From: Sulfolobus acidocaldarius DSM 639
GTDB lineage: Archaea > Thermoproteota > Thermoprotei_A > Sulfolobales > Sulfolobaceae
Direction: 5' to 3'
Assembly: GCF_000012285.1 (NCBI RefSeq)
Contig: NC_007181.1
Coordinates: forward strand, 2,070,001 to 2,102,000
DNA: 32,000 nt
Below are positions 26,727 to 32,000 of this stretch, one piece after another. Within the stretch, counting starts at the first letter, position 1, and each line of letters begins with the position of its first letter. The position numbers were made by a program, and so were the translations under genes. Below the pieces are notes generated by a model, which worked only from the letters and a program-made list of their open reading frames with translations, had not been told where the DNA came from and did not search any database.

Positions 26727-28319
26727 TCATCTCCTCCTGAATAATATTGTTGGTACACTATTAGGAGTAACGTGAACTCTCAAGAGAGTGGGATACTTAT
26801 ATGATGAATTTATTGCCTCCTCAGTAATCCTCTTTAAATCGTCTTTCTTCTCCACTTCAAAGACCTTTACACCAATACCTTCAACGACCTTTGTATAATC
26901 TATAGGAAATACATCAGTTGCAAAGGGCTTACCGTGCTTCATCATTTGATTCATCCTCAAGAAGTGTTGTACATTGTCTTGAACCAGTACTGTCAAGAAA
27001 TTTACCTTATATTCCACAGCAGTAATTAACTCATTGAAACAGGCCTGAAAACCTGCATCTCCGATTATACTAACCACTTCTCTCTCTGGTGAGGCTATTT
27101 TAGCACCTATTCCAGCCGGTATAGCTGACCCCATTGCGTTGAAAATTAAGGGATTAAAGTAAGAGTTATGCCTATATACTTTCATATCCATAGCCATTAC
27201 TTGGTTTGTACCTGCATCGGCTATCACAATCCTATCCTCACTTAATTGGCTATCTAAAACTCTGATAAGATCATCATGGGTAATATCAGGATTCTCAGGG
27301 GCTGGGAATTGACGTTCTACCTTCTCGACTGTCCATGTCCTAGTCTTAACCTTTTCAGATATTTGTTCTAAGAAAGCTTCGGCACTAGCCTTAATCTCGA
27401 CATCGGTTTTAACACTGTTATTAAAAACTGAAACGTCTACATCAACATGCAATATTTTAGGAGGCAATTTAGTTGTCCAGTTCCACATTTCAAGAGAATT
27501 AAAGGAAGTCCCTATGGCTATCAGACAGTCCCCAGGTACCTCTGACATTTCAAATATGTTTCCTGCATATAAGGGATGGTTTTCTGGTATTGCGCCTTTG
27601 CCCCTGACAGTAACTACTACTGGGATACCCAATTTCTCCACGTATTTCAGGACATTAGATCTCGATGCGCCATAACCAAGTAAGAGAATAGGCTTAGAAC
27701 ATGAGTTAATGAAATCGACAGCCTCCTTCAGCTCATCCCTTGTGGGATAAATTAATTTCCTACCTATCTTTGATTGATTTTTCAATTCAATGTCTGTCGA
27801 ATCCTCAAGTACATCCACTGGAACTTCAACATATACTGGACCCATCTTGTCCTCTAATGCTATTCTGAATGCTTTCTCCATGGTGGACTGGGCTTCAGAT
27901 GCGGAGTAAATTCTAAAGGAAGCCTTTGTCACTTGTCTAGCTAACTGTAACTGTGCATCATAATAGCCCATGTCATGCAGTTGCTTATCATTACGATATT
28001 TAAACTCCTTATTCAGTGATATTAAGACTAATGGCGAGCCTTCAGAATAGGCTTCAGCTAGACCTGTTAGGGAATTGGTGAAACCTGGACCGTTTACTGA
28101 TATGAACACACCGACATTCTCCTTTACCCTTGCATAGTAATCTGCCATTATAGCTCCTCCGTACTCTAGCCTAGGCATAAAGTATTTGAGTTCCCCTTTC
28201 TCAGTTTTCTTCCTTATTTCCTCAAAAAGGCTCAGTCCATGAGTTCCTGCTATCCCGAAAACATCTGATATCTGGGAGGATATGGAATCTATCAAAATTT
28301 CAGCTGTGGATTTTGCCAT
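26727..28319 (-). CDS. Thiamine-diphosphate enzyme of the acetolactate synthase / 2-oxoacid decarboxylase superfamily
   Basis: 530 aa. The N-terminus has EYGGAIMADYYAR (cofactor-activating Glu context). The C-terminus has the TPP motif GDAGFQ...VQDN. Confidence 0.85.
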   Translation of the reverse strand: MAKSTAEILIDSISSQISDVFGIAGTHGLSLFEEIRKKTEKGELKYFMPRLEYGGAIMADYYARVKENVGVFISVNGPGFTNSLTGLAEAYSEGSPLVLISLNKEFKYRNDKQLHDMGYYDAQLQLARQVTKASFRIYSASEAQSTMEKAFRIALEDKMGPVYVEVPVDVLEDSTDIELKNQSKIGRKLIYPTRDELKEAVDFINSCSKPILLLGYGASRSNVLKYVEKLGIPVVVTVRGKGAIPENHPLYAGNIFEMSEVPGDCLIAIGTSFNSLEMWNWTTKLPPKILHVDVDVSVFNNSVKTDVEIKASAEAFLEQISEKVKTRTWTVEKVERQFPAPENPDITHDDLIRVLDSQLSEDRIVIADAGTNQVMAMDMKVYRHNSYFNPLIFNAMGSAIPAGIGAKIASPEREVVSIIGDAGFQACFNELITAVEYKVNFLTVLVQDNVQHFLRMNQMMKHGKPFATDVFPIDYTKVVEGIGVKVFEVEKKDDLKRITEEAINSSYKYPTLLRVHVTPNSVPTILFRRR

Positions 28320-28549
28320 TAATAGTGTATTAAATTATCTTGTTAAATTAAGTTTCGGATGCTATATACCAAGATAAAATACGAATTAGTCAAGTGGTAT
28401 TGGAATCCTTTAGGATATCACTTAAACCTTTAACAAATAAAAAACGATTATGTTTTCATTATCTAGTATGTTTGTACGGCTATGGTTCTAGTCATTTACA
28501 AGATAAAATCTACTCTGTTTTATTAGATTTGGATGAATAAAAATAAATA

Positions 28550-29113
28550 ATGATAAAACTTAACAGGGATCAAAAGCTTACCTATAAATTTCTCATTATA
28601 CCTATTGCATTATTGATTCTCTCGTTTAACCCTTACACTGAAAGCCTGGAGTTCTCCCTACCTGCAGTATATATGGCTTCCCATTACGCTGTGTATTTCT
28701 CAGGTCTGTATATAGGTTATAAGTACTTTAAAGGAGGATATATATCCCTTATTCTAGGGTTAATCCCAGCCGTCTTATGGCATTCTCCATATTTCTTCTC
28801 ATTAGGGGCAGCCATGTTAGATTATAGAATACTCCTTGAAATAACACTACTATTTGGAGGGGTTTTGTTAGGATCGTCGATTAACTCAATGAGACTACAA
28901 ATTAAAATAACACTATTAGCCCTGTGGATGTTAGGAGATTCCATACTGGCAATACTGTTCATTACTTCCACACCACTCTACTCAAATTTAGCTTATCCTT
29001 TTTCCCCTTATACACCATCAAGTCTACCGTTAGCAGGGATACTGATGTTTGTAATAATGAATGTGTTTCTGATCTACGTTATATCAAAGTTCATGAAAAG
29101 TATTATTGGATAA
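28550..29113 (+). CDS. Polytopic membrane protein, unknown function
   Basis: 187 aa with about 5-6 hydrophobic helices. It shares LTY.F, HYAVY and R(L).K...LAL..MLG motifs with 29323..30048. A TATA-like element lies about 27 bp upstream. Confidence 0.55.
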   Translation: MIKLNRDQKLTYKFLIIPIALLILSFNPYTESLEFSLPAVYMASHYAVYFSGLYIGYKYFKGGYISLILGLIPAVLWHSPYFFSLGAAMLDYRILLEITLLFGGVLLGSSINSMRLQIKITLLALWMLGDSILAILFITSTPLYSNLAYPFSPYTPSSLPLAGILMFVIMNVFLIYVISKFMKSIIG

Positions 29114-29322
29114 TTTTTAGATTTTATAAAGTTAAATCAGTTTTGAATACAAAAAACTATTTTTAAGATCACTAAATTGTAAATTGCTATACTGATATTT
29201 ACTTATTGTGATGACATGGTATCTACTGTATCATATCATTTACATCTAAGAATAAGTAGATAAGATAGAGAAATCTCCATTAACTGGATTATACATTCAA
29301 TTACCGACTACACTTAAACCTC

Positions 29323-30048
29323 CTACGACATTAACTTATGTAATGAATTAGATAGGTGTTTTAAAACTATAACTGTAACTAAAGGTAAAATAACATAGGC
29401 AATAAACACTACTTCCCACGAAAACGTCGTCAATAAAACCACTCCAGCGGTCTCAATTGAAGTTGCCAGCAATACGGGTATGGAAACGCAACAACTTGCT
29501 CCCACCAAAATTCCGAGCATGGGAACGAGTGCTAAGTACTTCAATCTCCTTCTAGTTGAAATCACAATCATTAAGCTTGACGTCACTAAAAAAGAGATCA
29601 GCAGACCCATGGAAATTGAGTAAAACGATAGCTCTATGACCAGTTGATTAGATAAGTGAATTAGTAAAGTGGGATTTAATATTAGAGATAGAGCTAGACC
29701 CGTCAAACTTGGCGATACACTAAAGGGTGTGGTGTAAATTCCTAAAGGTGGACCTACATATAGTACGTTATTACCTTGAGTAAACTGACCTAATAATAGC
29801 TCAATAGCAAGGCTGTATACAGCATAATGCACTACTAAGTAAAGGAAAAATATTATCCATTTAATCTTGTCTTTACCGAAGATAACCAGTTTTGCCTCAT
29901 CGCTTAGTGCAGTACGTAGAACTAAAATGGTTGTGAATATCCAGAATATAGTTAGAGGCACTAATTGGCTTAGAGGAAATAGGTAAGTAAGTAAAAGGCT
30001 TCCAAATATTATAGGCAAATACGGAAGAACATTTACGAGGGATTTCAC
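29323..30048 (-). CDS. Polytopic membrane protein, unknown function (possible distant paralog of 28550..29113)
   Basis: 241 aa with a GTG start and about 7 hydrophobic helices. HYAVY and an intramembrane GASCCVS motif are present. Confidence 0.55.
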   Translation of the reverse strand: MKSLVNVLPYLPIIFGSLLLTYLFPLSQLVPLTIFWIFTTILVLRTALSDEAKLVIFGKDKIKWIIFFLYLVVHYAVYSLAIELLLGQFTQGNNVLYVGPPLGIYTTPFSVSPSLTGLALSLILNPTLLIHLSNQLVIELSFYSISMGLLISFLVTSSLMIVISTRRRLKYLALVPMLGILVGASCCVSIPVLLATSIETAGVVLLTTFSWEVVFIAYVILPLVTVIVLKHLSNSLHKLMS

Positions 30049-30161
30049 ATTATTTAATCATTATTTCAAATTAATAAATCTTACTTAATCTAGAATAAAA
30101 TTGTGTTAAAGAGAATGTACCAACTGTTAATAAAAAAGAGAAAAAATATATGACTTTCCCT

Positions 30162-30608
30162 TTAGTCCGTGAAGTACATTTTATATATTAAGTAAATTAT
30201 TGAGCCAAATACAAAAACGTCAGCTGATGCTAATGCGCCTATTAAGAATTCATATGAAATGGTCATCATTAAATACGTTATGACTACTCCTGCAATTAGA
30301 TCCATGACTAGAGCTATGTAATAGTAAGTTACTGTACTTATTCTCTTTACCTCCGTAGTTGTTGAAGGAGCTCTAAATCTAACTGCAAGAAATACAATAC
30401 TCCCCATAAATATGGCGAAAACGATTCCAGCAGCCAAATATGTGGCTGTGTAAAGATTCTCCACATAACTACTGATTGGACTTGACGTTAAATATGCTAA
30501 TTTGCCGAAATCACCAACCCACTCAAAAGCAACAAAGAATGCTACGACAGTAACTACCCACCATATATAATCCTTTAAAGTCAGTCTCTTCCTATTATTA
30601 GCGTCCAT
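30162..30608 (-). CDS. soxI: Small hydrophobic subunit downstream of oxidase subunit II (SoxI-like position)
   Basis: About 148 aa with 4 predicted TM helices. ATG 30608 is preferred over the track's TTG 30614 because GGTGAG lies 6 nt upstream of the ATG. Assignment rests mainly on gene order (cyt b, then subunit II, then small membrane protein). Confidence 0.5.
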   Translation of the reverse strand: MDANNRKRLTLKDYIWWVVTVVAFFVAFEWVGDFGKLAYLTSSPISSYVENLYTATYLAAGIVFAIFMGSIVFLAVRFRAPSTTTEVKRISTVTYYYIALVMDLIAGVVITYLMMTISYEFLIGALASADVFVFGSIIYLIYKMYFTD

Positions 30609-30610
30609 TC

Positions 30611-31051
30611 TCAACTCACCACTATGAGAGTTCCTTTCATGGTGTAATGACCAGGACCGCAGAATTCAGCACACCATATATCATATGTGCCTGGCGTCTT
30701 CACCACTATATAGAAGTCGTACACATATCCAGGGATAGCCTCAAACTTAAACCCTAACTGCGGTATATAGAACGCATGAATGACATCCTTTGACTGTATT
30801 TCCAGCAAATAGGTCTGATTAGCCTTAAGCACTAGCTTGTCTATAGTGGTAGTTCCGTTAGGATATACAAACTCCCAAGCGTATTGAAAAGCTATGACCT
30901 TAATAGGTATCGCATCTTGTTTCTGTTGCGCTGACAAATAATTACCACTGTTTATAAGAGCTAAATATCCATCCGATATAACACCTAATACGATTAAAAC
31001 AACTGCTGCAAGAACTATAGTTGTTAATTCTAATATTCTACCTCTTTCCAT
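30611..31051 (-). CDS. soxH: Terminal oxidase subunit II with a complete CuA site (SoxH-like)
   Basis: It has an N-terminal TM and a cupredoxin domain with HAFYIP...CAEFCGPGHYTM (H...CxExCGxxHxxM CuA ligands). ATG 31051 is preferred over the track's TTG 31057 because GGTGA lies 6 nt upstream. Confidence 0.85.
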   Translation of the reverse strand: MERGRILELTTIVLAAVVLIVLGVISDGYLALINSGNYLSAQQKQDAIPIKVIAFQYAWEFVYPNGTTTIDKLVLKANQTYLLEIQSKDVIHAFYIPQLGFKFEAIPGYVYDFYIVVKTPGTYDIWCAEFCGPGHYTMKGTLIVVS

Positions 31052-32000
31052 AACCAATCACCACGTTCAGAAATATGGATAATGAAAACATAATCATGGA
31101 TAGACCTATATATTGACCTATTATAAATTGATTAGCTAATGAAGTCATGGGTATTGTTAATGCTTGATATAGAGAGTAGATCAGCGTACCTAGGATGAAG
31201 AGATTCATTGATAGAACCAATGCTCCACTAAGAACTCTTTTCTCAGGCTTTATTGTCATTATACCGCCGTCTCTAAATGGTGAACTACTCATTTTCGCCA
31301 ACACCCTTGGCTGTACAACGTATCTGAGTAAGGGCCATAGAACTGCAAAACAGGCTATGAATATAATTGCGTCCACAACTAGACCTATGGTACCAATCTC
31401 TTGACCTGGAGTTTCCTCTGCCCAAATGGTATTTACTATGAATGCTATTATGAATCCTGTACCTAAAGATACTGCGGCAGGTCTGAGTCCTGGATGAGGA
31501 GCCTTATGCCTAAATACATAAGCATCTATAAATGGGAATAGTACAGTGACTGCTACCCAGCCTAAGAATATTATTGAGGCACTACTGGGATCTATTGCTT
31601 TGTAGAAGAAGTAGATGAATAAGAAATACCAGTCTGGTAATGGAGGTGCTTGGGCAGCGTTTATAGGATTGTACTCCGGTTTAACGTATTTAAGCACAGT
31701 ACCGCTAACAGAAATATCAAAGGGTATCATAGATGCAATGAAGAATATTATCCCGAAGGTTAATAGGAAAATCATTACTACCATACCTATAGATCTTATT
31801 AGAGGTTGTAGCTCCCATCTGTAGTCAGACTTCAGCTTGTCTTGATACTCGTCTATTAACTCAGGTGCACCGGGCTTAACTTCAGAAACTGGTGGAGTTA
31901 TACCGTGTTTCTCGAATATATATAGGTGAAGCCCAACGACAGCTACTAATAACCCGCCAACTATCCAGTGGAAAACAAAAAACCTTTGAACCAAAGGATC
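31038..32000 (-). CDS. soxG: Cytochrome b-like subunit (SoxG-like), 5' end outside the window
   Basis: The reading frame is open to the window edge, so the TTG at 31994 is an artefact of truncation. FHWIVGGLLVAVVGLH gives the H-x13-H heme-ligand spacing of a cytochrome b helix. Multiple TM helices follow. Confidence 0.8.
   Translation of the reverse strand, partial: DPLVQRFFVFHWIVGGLLVAVVGLHLYIFEKHGITPPVSEVKPGAPELIDEYQDKLKSDYRWELQPLIRSIGMVVMIFLLTFGIIFFIASMIPFDISVSGTVLKYVKPEYNPINAAQAPPLPDWYFLFIYFFYKAIDPSSASIIFLGWVAVTVLFPFIDAYVFRHKAPHPGLRPAAVSLGTGFIIAFIVNTIWAEETPGQEIGTIGLVVDAIIFIACFAVLWPLLRYVVQPRVLAKMSSSPFRDGGIMTIKPEKRVLSGALVLSMNLFILGTLIYSLYQALTIPMTSLANQFIIGQYIGLSMIMFSLSIFLNVVIGYGKR

Noticed and set aside
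28924-29166. 80-aa plus-strand ORF overlapping the 3' end of the 187-aa membrane protein gene in another frame.
   Set aside because: It is an out-of-frame overlap with a hydrophobicity-supported gene. Its composition is unremarkable and it has no start-site signals.
29208-29214. C-box-like GTGATGA as part of a C/D box sRNA.
   Set aside because: No CTGA D or D' box occurs at the required spacing of about 12 nt. CTGT lies at 29226-29229, and the CTGA at 29192-29195 is on the wrong side. No C' box is present, and the reverse strand has no better arrangement.

Overview
This is an AT-rich, densely coding chromosomal segment with about 33 protein genes on both strands. It reads as a Sulfolobales-type thermoacidophilic crenarchaeon. 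The supporting signs are soxG/soxH/soxI-like terminal-oxidase genes at the right edge, TATA-like boxes about 25-30 bp upstream of first-gene start codons (leaderless transcripts), GGTGA-type Shine-Dalgarno (SD) motifs before internal operon genes, frequent GTG/TTG starts, and secreted proteins rich in N-glycosylation sequons. I saw no rRNA/tRNA genes, CRISPR array, transposase/integrase, or recognisable defence or toxin-antitoxin genes, so this looks like core or accessory metabolism rather than a mobile island.

Gene content, left to right:
- Bcp peroxiredoxin.
- Indolepyruvate:ferredoxin oxidoreductase (iorAB).
- An operon of two thiolase-fold proteins plus two DUF35 proteins.
- Acyl-CoA dehydrogenase and, divergently, an AMP-forming acyl-CoA synthetase.
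- A membrane-tethered wHTH regulator next to two divergent paralogous secreted proteins.
- A ZIP metal transporter.
- A redox/ring-cleavage-like set: flavin reductase, LigB-type dioxygenase, a zinc-finger heme-oxygenase-like diiron protein with a small Cys-rich partner, and two tandem amidohydrolase_2 genes.
- A xanthine-dehydrogenase-family Mo hydroxylase with fused FAD and 2Fe-2S subunits.
- An orphan DmsB-DmsC fusion heading a four-subunit 2-oxoacid:ferredoxin oxidoreductase.
- A TPP enzyme coupled to an aldo-keto reductase.
- Two polytopic membrane proteins.
- soxI/soxH/soxG (soxG runs off the window).

Best candidates for undescribed biology:
1. The catalytic-subunit-less DmsBC fusion upstream of the OFOR genes, a possible ferredoxin or 2-oxoacid-to-quinone electron outlet.
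2. The pair of thiolase-fold proteins that both seem to lack the catalytic Cys and His, coupled to two DUF35 proteins.
3. The transmembrane wHTH regulator with its divergent paralogous surface proteins and a shared upstream 10-mer.
4. The zinc-finger/diiron-oxidase-like protein translationally coupled to a small Cys-rich protein.

All homology statements are by-eye motif recognition. No searches were run.
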